DNA from: a virus
Reading direction: 5' to 3' (one strand)
Length of the DNA stretch: 64,000 bases
IMG/VR virus record: IMGVR_UViG_3300031519_006853
Location: 1-64,000 of that record
Positions 49,172-57,558 of this stretch are shown here, piece by piece (within the stretch, counting starts at the first letter, position 1; each line of letters begins with the position of its first letter). Made by a program: the position numbers and the translations under genes. Below the pieces are notes generated by a model. It saw only the letters and a program-made list of their open reading frames with translations, was not told the DNA's origin and ran no database searches.

Positions 49172-50042
49172 AGGAGATACATTTGCAGATGTTTATGAAA
49201 AAGCATTAAGAGATACTTTAGACAATCCTGATTATACTTCTAAACCAAGAGGTATGGAAATTAAAGAAATATGCAATGCAGCCTTAGTTATAGATGATCC
49301 TTATTTTCCACTTTATGAAAATAAAAAAAGAAGTAGCCAATTTAAATATATTGCTGGTGAAACTGTATGGTATTTTACAGGAAGAAAGGATATTGATTTT
49401 ATAAGTAAGTATTCTAAATTTTGGAGTCAATTAGACAATGGTGATGGTACTGTAAACTCTGCTTATGGAAATCTTATATTTAAGGAATTACTTTCTGATG
49501 GTAGAAATCAATACCAATGGGCATTAGATTCTTTAATAGAAGATAAAGATTCAAGACAATCAATTATACACTTTAACAAACCTTCTCACCAATGGCAAGG
49601 TAATAAAGATTTTGTATGTACTCTTAATGGTGTATTTCAAATCAGAGATAACAGATTAAACTTTACTGTTGATATGAGATCCAATGATTTAATATTAGGT
49701 ACAGCAACTGATGTGGCATTCTTTTGTTTATTACAACAACAAATGTTAAAGCATTTACAATTATATTATCCTAATCTTAAAATGGGTTCGTATACTCATA
49801 TAGTTCATTCATTACATATTTATGAAAGACATTTTGAATTAGTAAAAGAAATGTTAAGCAATGAATTTACTCACATGTCATACCCACCTTTAAATAGAAA
49901 CTTAATTACAGCAAAGGGCCATCCTACTGATGAAATGAATTTATTAGAATTAGAAATTTTAGAAGAAGGTCCTGTTGCTTTATTTAAAGATCCATTATTT
50001 AAATGGTTATCTGATTATAGCTTTCAACTAACTGATATATAA
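49158..50042 (+). CDS. Thymidylate-synthase-fold dCMP-modifying enzyme (dCMP hydroxymethylase, gp42-like)
   Basis: VNSAYG, DFVCT (Cys154), MRSNDLILGTATD with Asp185 at the dUMP/dCMP specificity site, SLHIYERH. Confidence 0.82.
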   Translation: MRTYRGDTFADVYEKALRDTLDNPDYTSKPRGMEIKEICNAALVIDDPYFPLYENKKRSSQFKYIAGETVWYFTGRKDIDFISKYSKFWSQLDNGDGTVNSAYGNLIFKELLSDGRNQYQWALDSLIEDKDSRQSIIHFNKPSHQWQGNKDFVCTLNGVFQIRDNRLNFTVDMRSNDLILGTATDVAFFCLLQQQMLKHLQLYYPNLKMGSYTHIVHSLHIYERHFELVKEMLSNEFTHMSYPPLNRNLITAKGHPTDEMNLLELEILEEGPVALFKDPLFKWLSDYSFQLTDI

Positions 50043-50057
50043 TAAAATTACTTATAA

Positions 50058-51275
50058 GTGTTGAAATATCTAAAACTTTTTGAACAGTTCCTACACCTAA
50101 CAGAAAAGAAACCTGCCGGTGCTCCTGAATTCTATCACTCTGATGCACCTGATGCTGAAGGCAGATTCAAAGATCTTTCTATAAAAGATTTAGCTGCATG
50201 GTTAATTAAAACCAGAAAAAAGGATGTTAAAAAGATTAGCGGTTCTTTAACACAGCAGGTAGTTTTTAATAGAAAAAGCGATCCAAAGTATGCTGAAAAG
50301 ATGGAGAAAACCAGAAAAGAAGTATATAAACAATTAGGTAGAGAAGATTTATTAAAGGAATCGGTTAATACTGAAGGCGGTTTAGGTAAAGTTTATTTAG
50401 CATTAAGAGAAGATAGCGGACAAAGATGGTGGACTTATAAAGGTTTTGCTGGAGATAATTTCTTTACTCAGATCCATGAAAATAACATGAATGATATTGA
50501 TATTAATCCTGACTACCCAGTTTTAACATATCACTCAGATACAGTTAATAAACTAATAAAGGCTGGTAAGATTAAAAAAGAAAATGTTTATAACCACCCA
50601 GACCATATATCAAAATCTGGATCTAAAGAAGAATTCCATAAACTGGTTGGAGAAGATGAAAATATACCGAAGACAGTATATTCTAAAAATGATGCATTAG
50701 AAAAATTAGAATTTCCTATTATTGCAAAACCTGCAGAAGGTCATAGCGGTAAAGGTATTCAAATTATTAATAAACCAGATTTAATGGAAGATGTAGATGA
50801 AAAGATCTTTGATACATTTTCAGAATATATTGATAAAGAAGAAGAACATAGATTTATAAACTTTAAAGGTAAGCCTATCTTTTGGATGGAAAGAACTCCA
50901 TTAAATGAAAAAGCTAAAACTGGTAAAGGTAGTGCTAAAAGTGAAATGGAATTTGGTTATGCAAAAAGGAGCTTAAGTGATTTACCTGAAGATTATAGAA
51001 AAGTCTTAGAAAGATTCTGTAAGATCTATGAAGATTTACCTTATATGTGTTTTGATGTAATGAAAGGTAAAAATGGAAAAGTATATATTATTGAATCAAA
51101 TGCACAACCTGGAGTACCTTTTGATTCAACTGTTGAGGCTTATAAACATATCTATGAAGATTTTTATAAGAAACCTCTTGATAAAGAAAGTTTAACTAAA
51201 CTAAATGAATACGCAAAAACTATGATTGAAAAGACCCTCAAAAAAGATGGTGGTAAAAGATTTTCAATTAAATAG
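50058..51275 (+). CDS. ATP-grasp (RimK-like) ligase with N-terminal extra domain and CTS-like leader
   Basis: FPIIAKPAEGHSGKGI, SEYID..EHR, FDVM...YIIESNAQPG; GTG start. Confidence 0.85.
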   Translation: MLKYLKLFEQFLHLTEKKPAGAPEFYHSDAPDAEGRFKDLSIKDLAAWLIKTRKKDVKKISGSLTQQVVFNRKSDPKYAEKMEKTRKEVYKQLGREDLLKESVNTEGGLGKVYLALREDSGQRWWTYKGFAGDNFFTQIHENNMNDIDINPDYPVLTYHSDTVNKLIKAGKIKKENVYNHPDHISKSGSKEEFHKLVGEDENIPKTVYSKNDALEKLEFPIIAKPAEGHSGKGIQIINKPDLMEDVDEKIFDTFSEYIDKEEEHRFINFKGKPIFWMERTPLNEKAKTGKGSAKSEMEFGYAKRSLSDLPEDYRKVLERFCKIYEDLPYMCFDVMKGKNGKVYIIESNAQPGVPFDSTVEAYKHIYEDFYKKPLDKESLTKLNEYAKTMIEKTLKKDGGKRFSIK

Positions 51276-51295
51276 TAAAAAAGTTACTAAAAACT

Positions 51296-51328
51296 TTTCA
51301 GTTCCCAACAAATTTGTTTATATTTATA
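51296..51328 (+). promoter_or_regulatory. Putative early promoter TTTCAG-N11-TTTGTTTATATTTATA
   Basis: Similar elements at 25659 and 42780; TATATTTA resembles the Bacteroidota -7 TAnnTTTG. Confidence 0.45.
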
Positions 51329-51365
51329 CTGTATTATATGAAACAATACACTGTAAAACAATTAT

Positions 51366-51893
51366 ATGAATAAAAAAATACCTAAAGACTTTTATATTAC
51401 TTCTGATACCTGGTTCGGTAGACCACAGATTCTTCAGATTGCCAACAGACCGTTTAATACTGTAGAAGAAATGAATACAGCATTAATCAAAAATTGGAAT
51501 AAGAAGATTAAAAAATCTGATGTAGTATTTCATTTAGGAAATTTTGCATGGGATCCAACAACTGCTCGTAAAGTACTCAAAAAATTAAATGGAAAAATAT
51601 TCTTTTTAAAAGGTAGTTCTGATAAAGCATTGGAAGAAGTTATACATGAATTTCCTAAGGCTGAATTTCTAAAGGAATCAATTATGGATTTAATTGATTT
51701 TGATACTGTGATTTGCCATTACCCATTATCGGTTTGGAACGGTAAAGATTCAGGAACAATTCATATGCATGGTCATACAGTATTTTCACATAAGACTAAC
51801 CTAACAATTGAAAACAGATTTAATGTCTGTTCTGATTTTTGGGAATTCTCACCTATTAATTACCTAACCTTAAAAGATTTCATAAATGGCTAA
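51366..51893 (+). CDS. Calcineurin-like metallophosphoesterase fold with degenerate active site
   Basis: Family scaffold (RPF...MN..LI.NWN, LNG, CHYP, HGH) retained, but SDTW, LGN, GSSD, GHTV replace catalytic motifs. Confidence 0.8.
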   Translation: MNKKIPKDFYITSDTWFGRPQILQIANRPFNTVEEMNTALIKNWNKKIKKSDVVFHLGNFAWDPTTARKVLKKLNGKIFFLKGSSDKALEEVIHEFPKAEFLKESIMDLIDFDTVICHYPLSVWNGKDSGTIHMHGHTVFSHKTNLTIENRFNVCSDFWEFSPINYLTLKDFING

Positions 51894-52524
51894 AAGAACA
51901 AAGAAAACCTATAAAGAACTTGCAATAGAATTTAAAAAGACAAGAAAAGAAAGCGTGTATAATGAACTATATGCCAAGATGAGACCAGGGTTATGGTCAT
52001 ATACAAATAATATTGTAAAAGATCCTCATGTAGCTGATGATATTGTATCAACAACTTTAACAACAGTGTATTTAAAAATTGATCAATACAATGAAGATTA
52101 TCAAATTACAACATGGGCATATCGTATTGCTTATAATGAATGCATCGGCTGGATAAGATATAGAAATAGAAAGGTAAGTATGAATGCATTTACTGACAAA
52201 GGAATCGATCCTCCAACATTTATGCTACCTCATATTGACACTGATAATTCAATGCCACCAACAGAAGCAGATTACTGGGAAGCTGAGCATCTCTTAACTG
52301 AAAAGGTAAGATTAACTACCGAAGCAATTAAAGCTTTGCCTCCAATGTATAAGAGATTTATGGAAGAAAGGTTCTTAAATAAAAAATCTTATAATGATAT
52401 TTTAGATATCATGTCCGACTGTGAAAAAGGCATAAATTTACAAACTGTGAAAAACCGCATATTCCGTGGAAGGAAAATAGTCAGAAAACAACTAGAAAGT
52501 ATGAAAGTCTTCTCCGAGGCATAA
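51886..52524 (+). CDS. ECF-type sigma-70 factor
   Basis: Region 2 ADDIVS...TTWAYRIAYNECI, region 4 TVKNRIFRGR. Confidence 0.88.
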   Translation: MAKRTKKTYKELAIEFKKTRKESVYNELYAKMRPGLWSYTNNIVKDPHVADDIVSTTLTTVYLKIDQYNEDYQITTWAYRIAYNECIGWIRYRNRKVSMNAFTDKGIDPPTFMLPHIDTDNSMPPTEADYWEAEHLLTEKVRLTTEAIKALPPMYKRFMEERFLNKKSYNDILDIMSDCEKGINLQTVKNRIFRGRKIVRKQLESMKVFSEA

Positions 52525-52547
52525 ATACATAAAAAACAGATAATACT

Positions 52548-53000
52548 ATGTACATAACAGATTTAACAAATGAAATACTAACTTGGTATAAAATTAGAAA
52601 AATTGCCAAGGGCTCTGAATCAAAATTAAAAGAAAAAGGTTTTAGGGTTGACTGGGTAGGCAGGATCTATACAGTTATTAATTTACCTGAAGAAGTAGTC
52701 TCTGCACCCATTTCACAAGAAGGGTATGTATTGATGCAACTTAGGGAGCATGATAAGTTTTTATTAGACTTAGGAATAGCTGACGCAGTTTCTCCAGAGT
52801 TTGATCCAATCCCTGATACTGATTCATTCTTATTAGTATTATCTGCTGATAGGGAATATTTTAAATTATGGCCATTTTTAAAGTCAGCAGCCAAAACGCT
52901 AGGTTTAATACTTTTATTAAGATTAGCTTATGTACTGTTTGTCTCTCATGGTGGAAAAATATCTGAGTTATGGAACAAGATAATGGAAATAGTGTTTTAA
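52548..53000 (+). CDS. Hypothetical membrane-anchored protein
   Basis: RVDWVGRIYTVINLP; C-terminal hydrophobic helix. Confidence 0.65.
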   Translation: MYITDLTNEILTWYKIRKIAKGSESKLKEKGFRVDWVGRIYTVINLPEEVVSAPISQEGYVLMQLREHDKFLLDLGIADAVSPEFDPIPDTDSFLLVLSADREYFKLWPFLKSAAKTLGLILLLRLAYVLFVSHGGKISELWNKIMEIVF

Positions 53001-53200
53001 CAGACATTAATAAAATTGAAAATAAATTAAAAGAACTAGAAAAAGAAAAAGAAATTATTCAACAAAGTTGCACTCATAAAGAAACTGTGATTAACTTTGA
53101 TGAAACACGATCAATTAAAAAATACTGCTCAGAATGCAAGAGGGAGTTAGGTTATGCGACAAAGGATGAGGAGTTAGATTTTTTAAAACCGAAAGGTTAA
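52970..53200 (+). CDS. Hypothetical protein, coiled coil plus Zn-ribbon
   Basis: CTH...CSEC. Confidence 0.55.
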   Translation: MEQDNGNSVLTDINKIENKLKELEKEKEIIQQSCTHKETVINFDETRSIKKYCSECKRELGYATKDEELDFLKPKG

Positions 53201-53273
53201 CACATACACGGAAAAGGTTTCTGTGTTAGGGAATAATTTCCCGAATTATTAATTAAATAAAAAAAATTTAAAA

Positions 53274-53699
53274 ATGAAAAAATTAATTTTAAGTTTGATG
53301 CTAGTAATTGGAATTTCAATTTCAATGAACGCGCAAAATGTAAAAGGAGATTGGTACGTAGGTACAGGTGACATCGCAGATGTTGCATGGACTGATTGGT
53401 CAATTTCACCAACATTAGGATACGCTGTATCTAATAAACTAATGGTTGGTTTATCTTTAGCACAAGCTGATTCGTCTGAAGACTTATCAATGGATATACA
53501 TGCTAGATACTTTGTAACAGCAGCTGGGCAAGACTTTTTCTTGTATGCTGGAATGGATGACTTTGAAACTGATAACCTTAGTTTAGGTTTAGGTAAAATG
53601 TTTACTATTCATAAAGGTGTTTTTGTAGAGCCAAAGGTTGTTTATCATTCAGGTGAAAAAACAACAAACATGATGTTAGGTTTCGGATTGAAATTTTAA
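53274..53699 (+). CDS. Outer-membrane beta-barrel protein with signal peptide
   Basis: MKKLILSLMLVIGISISMNAQ Sec signal, amphipathic beta strands, C-terminal GFGLKF. Confidence 0.8.
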   Translation: MKKLILSLMLVIGISISMNAQNVKGDWYVGTGDIADVAWTDWSISPTLGYAVSNKLMVGLSLAQADSSEDLSMDIHARYFVTAAGQDFFLYAGMDDFETDNLSLGLGKMFTIHKGVFVEPKVVYHSGEKTTNMMLGFGLKF

Positions 53700-53712
53700 T
53701 AACATATAAATT

Positions 53713-53745
53713 AAAAACCGGTAATGTAATGTTACCGGTTTTTTT
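53713..53745 (+). terminator. Rho-independent terminator
   Basis: aaaaaccggtaa / ttaccggttttt plus T tract. Confidence 0.9.
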
Positions 53746-53789
53746 GTCTTAAACATTCTTATTTTTTTACATATAATAATAAACAGAAT

Positions 53790-54527
53790 ATGGCCACAGC
53801 TCAATCACTAGCAACAACTGAAACAATAAATGGTAAAAGATACTATAATATTGCAGAAGGTAAAAAATATCCATCAGTAACAACTATACTAGGTGCAATG
53901 ACTGATAAATCAGGAATTGACAAATGGAGAAAAAGAGTAGGTGAAGAAAAGGCTGATGCTATTTCTAAGTTTTCTTCTAACCGAGGAACTGTGATGCATC
54001 AATTTTGTGAATACTTTTTAGGATCTGAAGAGGAAACTGTTAGAGAAAGATTAATAGAAGCTCAAACTTTAATAGGTCCTTTTGTAGAAGATAATGGTTT
54101 TACTGAAGAAGAAACTAATGTAGGAAGAAAACTTTTCTTTAATTTTTATAATGGCAAATGTTTTGAACGCATTGCTAATGTAGTGTCTATAGAGGATACT
54201 CTATTCTCACCTGTAATGGGAGGGTATGCTGGTAGGGTAGATATTATATATGAAAATGAAAAAGGGCATCTAGTGATCTTAGATTTTAAATCATCTAAAA
54301 AGCCTAAAAGAGAAGATTGGATAGAAAATTATAAAATGCAAATTGCAGCATATTCATTAGCATATTGGGAAATGAATAAAAGAAAACCCCAAGGTGGCGA
54401 AATTTGGATTAGTAATGAAGCTGATGGTTTTCCACAGGTTTTTGAAATGTCATTTAATGATATAACTAAATATGGTAAAATGTTTTTAAACTTAGTAAAA
54501 GAATTTCATACTAAGTTCCCTCTTTAA
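53790..54527 (+). CDS. PD-(D/E)XK exonuclease (Cas4/RecB-like)
   Basis: YPSVTTIL, RGT.MH, AGRVD, DFKSS, QIAAY. Confidence 0.88.
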   Translation: MATAQSLATTETINGKRYYNIAEGKKYPSVTTILGAMTDKSGIDKWRKRVGEEKADAISKFSSNRGTVMHQFCEYFLGSEEETVRERLIEAQTLIGPFVEDNGFTEEETNVGRKLFFNFYNGKCFERIANVVSIEDTLFSPVMGGYAGRVDIIYENEKGHLVILDFKSSKKPKREDWIENYKMQIAAYSLAYWEMNKRKPQGGEIWISNEADGFPQVFEMSFNDITKYGKMFLNLVKEFHTKFPL

Positions 54528-54554
54528 TTGAATATATAAAAAAAATCAAATTTA

Positions 54555-54851
54555 ATGTTTATAAGAAATTATAGAGATTTTCTTTTAGAAGTAAGGGATC
54601 AAAAACATGAGCCAGCCGGGGAAAAGGTTGAAAAGGATCATAAAGATGGTAAACATAGCGGAGTAGACTCAAAACTAGAAAAAGAAATAGAAGATGAATT
54701 GGAAGCCAATGCCGAAGATTGCCCAAGGTGCGGAGAGCATATCGAGTCTTGTGAATGTGCCGAGAAGGACCCATGGTCAACTCAAGTTTATCACAGAGCT
54801 CCAAAAGGAAAAGAATTTAAAGCAAAACCAAAACAACAATTTAAAAAATAA
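54555..54851 (+). CDS. Small protein with CTS-like N-terminus and Cys cluster
   Basis: RNYRDFLLE; CPRC...CEC; late motif upstream. Confidence 0.6.
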   Translation: MFIRNYRDFLLEVRDQKHEPAGEKVEKDHKDGKHSGVDSKLEKEIEDELEANAEDCPRCGEHIESCECAEKDPWSTQVYHRAPKGKEFKAKPKQQFKK

Positions 54852-54855
54852 AATA

Positions 54856-55143
54856 ATGAACAAATTTAACAAATTTTTTGCAGAACATGGAATTAAAATA
54901 ATTATAGTTATAATGGTATTAACTTATTTTAAATCATGTAGCATTGATTCTGAAGTAGAAAGAATTAAAAAAGAACAAAGAATTTTAACTACAGAGATTG
55001 ATACTTTATCATCTCAGATAGTTAATCAAGAGGAAATGATATATCTTATCGAAACGGTTCCTGCTTGGAAAACTCTAAGAATTGAAGAAATTTCTGATAA
55101 AGAAAGAATCTCTATCAATGCATTAGAAGAAAAAGATAACTAA
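54856..55143 (+). CDS. Membrane-anchored coiled-coil protein (possibly spanin-like)
   Basis: N-terminal TM helix then coiled coil; ATG at 54856 preferred over 54694. Confidence 0.5.
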   Translation: MNKFNKFFAEHGIKIIIVIMVLTYFKSCSIDSEVERIKKEQRILTTEIDTLSSQIVNQEEMIYLIETVPAWKTLRIEEISDKERISINALEEKDN

Positions 55144-55145
55144 AT

Positions 55146-55664
55146 GTGGCCAATACACCTATAATACCTGGAGTACCTACTCCAATAAGCGGAGATCCAA
55201 AATGTGCATTAACTTTATGCGGTAATATTATTGCCCAGGTTGATTGTGTTACTATAATAATGCAAGGAACTAACGGTTGTATAGATTTACAATTTTTTGG
55301 TAAGGATGGAAAACCTTTAGATTTAACTAAATTCAGTGAAATTCAAATTATGTTATATAATGAATTTGATTGTACAATAGCAAATTTTTGGTGGCCATCA
55401 ATTCCTACTGGTTGTAAAGGTCTCTTAATGACTATATTACAGTATACAGATGCTAAGGGTGTAATTCACAATAAAGGTATGATAAGGATATGTTTAGATC
55501 CTGCTTGTACAAAAACTAGCCCAACGGGAATATTTGCAGAAATTTTATTAACAGAATTAACAACTGCAGGTACTGCTGAAACATCAGGCATACCATGTTT
55601 ACAGGTTGCTAAAATTATACCATCCAGGATTTACGAAAATGGTTGTGATGACGGTTGCAGTTAA
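55146..55664 (+). CDS. Cys-rich hypothetical protein, probably structural
   Basis: GTG start, beta-rich, many Cys. Confidence 0.55.
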   Translation: MANTPIIPGVPTPISGDPKCALTLCGNIIAQVDCVTIIMQGTNGCIDLQFFGKDGKPLDLTKFSEIQIMLYNEFDCTIANFWWPSIPTGCKGLLMTILQYTDAKGVIHNKGMIRICLDPACTKTSPTGIFAEILLTELTTAGTAETSGIPCLQVAKIIPSRIYENGCDDGCS

Positions 55665-55676
55665 AACATTAACATT

Positions 55677-56504
55677 ATGGAAGAAAAAACATTAAAAGAA
55701 AGATTATTACATATCTTTATTATAAGTATATTTTGTAGTTTATATTTTTTAGTAGCTACAATCTCAATGATTAATTCAGTTGCATTTTTTGACTTAAGCC
55801 ACTCTGGTTTAATGTCTTGGTCATTAGCTATTGGATTTGAAATAGGAGCAGCGGCTTCTCTTGCTGCAATTATTATTTTAGATAAAACCAACAAAACAAT
55901 GGTTTGGGGTTTATTCTTATTATTGACATCCTTTCAAATGATGGCTAACTCATTTCATGCTTTTATTAATTTAGAAGATTATATGGGTTGGATTGAATTA
56001 TTTGGATTGGAAGAAGCAGAACCGATATATCAAAAAAGAATTTTATCAATTGTGAGTGGTGCTATACTTCCTGTAGTAGCATTAGGATTTATTAAATCAT
56101 TAGTTGATTATATTAGACCTGAAAAGCCTGAAGAATTAGAAGTTACAATTGGAGATAGGTTAGGTGATATTGAAACACCTGTCGCAGGGTCGGCTGAACC
56201 TATTATAGAAAAACAAATAATCCCGGATGTTAGCGAGGAACTGCCGGAAGAAGATTCATATTCTCGTGATGCTGACAAAGCAATAATACCAGTTGAAATT
56301 GGAGAAGTACGCATAGCACCTGAAACGGTAACTACCGAAACACCGGTTGCTGATGTAGTAGCAAAGCCAATTTCACCAGCGCATATTACACCAGTTGGAG
56401 ATCCTATAGTGATACCAACACCCGAAACTCAAATACCAATAAAACAAGCAAAGCCACCTTTATCAGGTAGACCTTTTATTAGAAGTAGTGAGTCCAAACC
56501 ATAA
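55677..56504 (+). CDS. Multi-pass membrane protein with Pro/Glu-rich tail
   Basis: About four hydrophobic helices, then a low-complexity P/E/V tail. Confidence 0.7.
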   Translation: MEEKTLKERLLHIFIISIFCSLYFLVATISMINSVAFFDLSHSGLMSWSLAIGFEIGAAASLAAIIILDKTNKTMVWGLFLLLTSFQMMANSFHAFINLEDYMGWIELFGLEEAEPIYQKRILSIVSGAILPVVALGFIKSLVDYIRPEKPEELEVTIGDRLGDIETPVAGSAEPIIEKQIIPDVSEELPEEDSYSRDADKAIIPVEIGEVRIAPETVTTETPVADVVAKPISPAHITPVGDPIVIPTPETQIPIKQAKPPLSGRPFIRSSESKP

Positions 56505-56558
56505 TCCTTTGAGATTAAACTTTATATTTCGGAGGATTTTAAAAAATAAAAATTCAAT

Positions 56559-57269
56559 ATGCCCGCACGTACTTACGATGACGAAGTCTTTAAAGAAAAA
56601 AGAAGACCAAAAAATCCAATTAAATTTAAACTAAACCTTAATGAAGAACAGAAGTTAGCTAAAGAAGTTATATTATTAAATACAATAACCTTACTTGCTG
56701 GTAAAGCAGGATCTGGTAAAACGTTATTAGCTTGCCAAGTTGCATTGGATGGATTATTCAGAAGACATTATGAAAAGGTCATTATAACAAGACCAACTGT
56801 TTCTAAAGAAGAGATAGGATTCCTACCTGGGGATCTCCATGCTAAAATGGATCCGTGGGTACAACCAATTTATCAAAATATGTATAGCCTTTATGGAAAA
56901 GATAAAGTGCAACCTTTTATAGAAAGTGGACAAATAGAAATTGTACCAGTTTCATTTATGAGAGGAAGGACATTTGTTGATAGTTGTGTTATTGTTGATG
57001 AGGCACAAAATGTAACAAATGATCAAATGGAAATGATTGTAACCAGAGTTGGTTTAAGATCAAAGATGATTATTTGTGGTGATGATGGTCAAGTAGATTT
57101 AAAAGGCCGTGGTGAATCAGGGTTTAGATTTCTTTATAATCAAGCATTTAAAATTAAGAAATTATCTTCTCTTACTCTTTTACAAAATCACAGAGATCCT
57201 ATCGTTGATGATTTAATTGACATTTATGAGGAAGAAAACTATAAAAGATCAGGTAATAAAAATAAATAA
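56559..57269 (+). CDS. phoH: PhoH-family ATPase
   Basis: GKAGSGKT, GFLPG, MRGRTF, DEAQN, GDDGQ.D. Confidence 0.95.
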   Translation: MPARTYDDEVFKEKRRPKNPIKFKLNLNEEQKLAKEVILLNTITLLAGKAGSGKTLLACQVALDGLFRRHYEKVIITRPTVSKEEIGFLPGDLHAKMDPWVQPIYQNMYSLYGKDKVQPFIESGQIEIVPVSFMRGRTFVDSCVIVDEAQNVTNDQMEMIVTRVGLRSKMIICGDDGQVDLKGRGESGFRFLYNQAFKIKKLSSLTLLQNHRDPIVDDLIDIYEEENYKRSGNKNK

Positions 57270-57285
57270 AACAAATTAGAAAATT

Positions 57286-57549
57286 ATGATTCCAGAAAAA
57301 GGTAAGTATTTAGTTAACTTTTCAGCTGATTGGTGTGGACCATGTAAGGCAATGAAAGGTACATTAGAAAAGTTTAAAGAATTTTCTAAAGACACTTTAA
57401 TAAAGATAAATGTAGATACGGAATCGGATATTGCAGCAAAGTATGGGGTACGAAGTATCCCATGCTTTATTGTTGTTAAAGATGGTAATGAAATAAAAAG
57501 AGAAGTTGGTTCAAAAAGTTTAGATCAATTAAAAGAGATGATAAAATAA
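57286..57549 (+). CDS. trxA: Thioredoxin
   Basis: FSADWCGPCK, VRSIP. Confidence 0.95.
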   Translation: MIPEKGKYLVNFSADWCGPCKAMKGTLEKFKEFSKDTLIKINVDTESDIAAKYGVRSIPCFIVVKDGNEIKREVGSKSLDQLKEMIK

Positions 57550-57558
57550 ATTAACATA

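Noticed and set aside
49158-50042. Canonical thymidylate synthase ThyA
   Set aside because: Asp rather than Asn at the specificity position and gp42-like motifs point to dCMP
50058-51275. PurZ-type (2-aminoadenine) pathway
   Set aside because: Protein is ATP-grasp/RimK-like, not adenylosuccinate-synthase-like; no purZ seen
53790-54527. Cas4 as part of a CRISPR system
   Set aside because: No Fe-S Cys cluster evident and no array or other cas genes; common stand-alone phage exonuclease
54694-54855. Long N-terminal extension of the 54856 membrane protein
   Set aside because: Overlaps the 98-aa gene in another frame; ATG 54856 follows its stop and an A-rich leader
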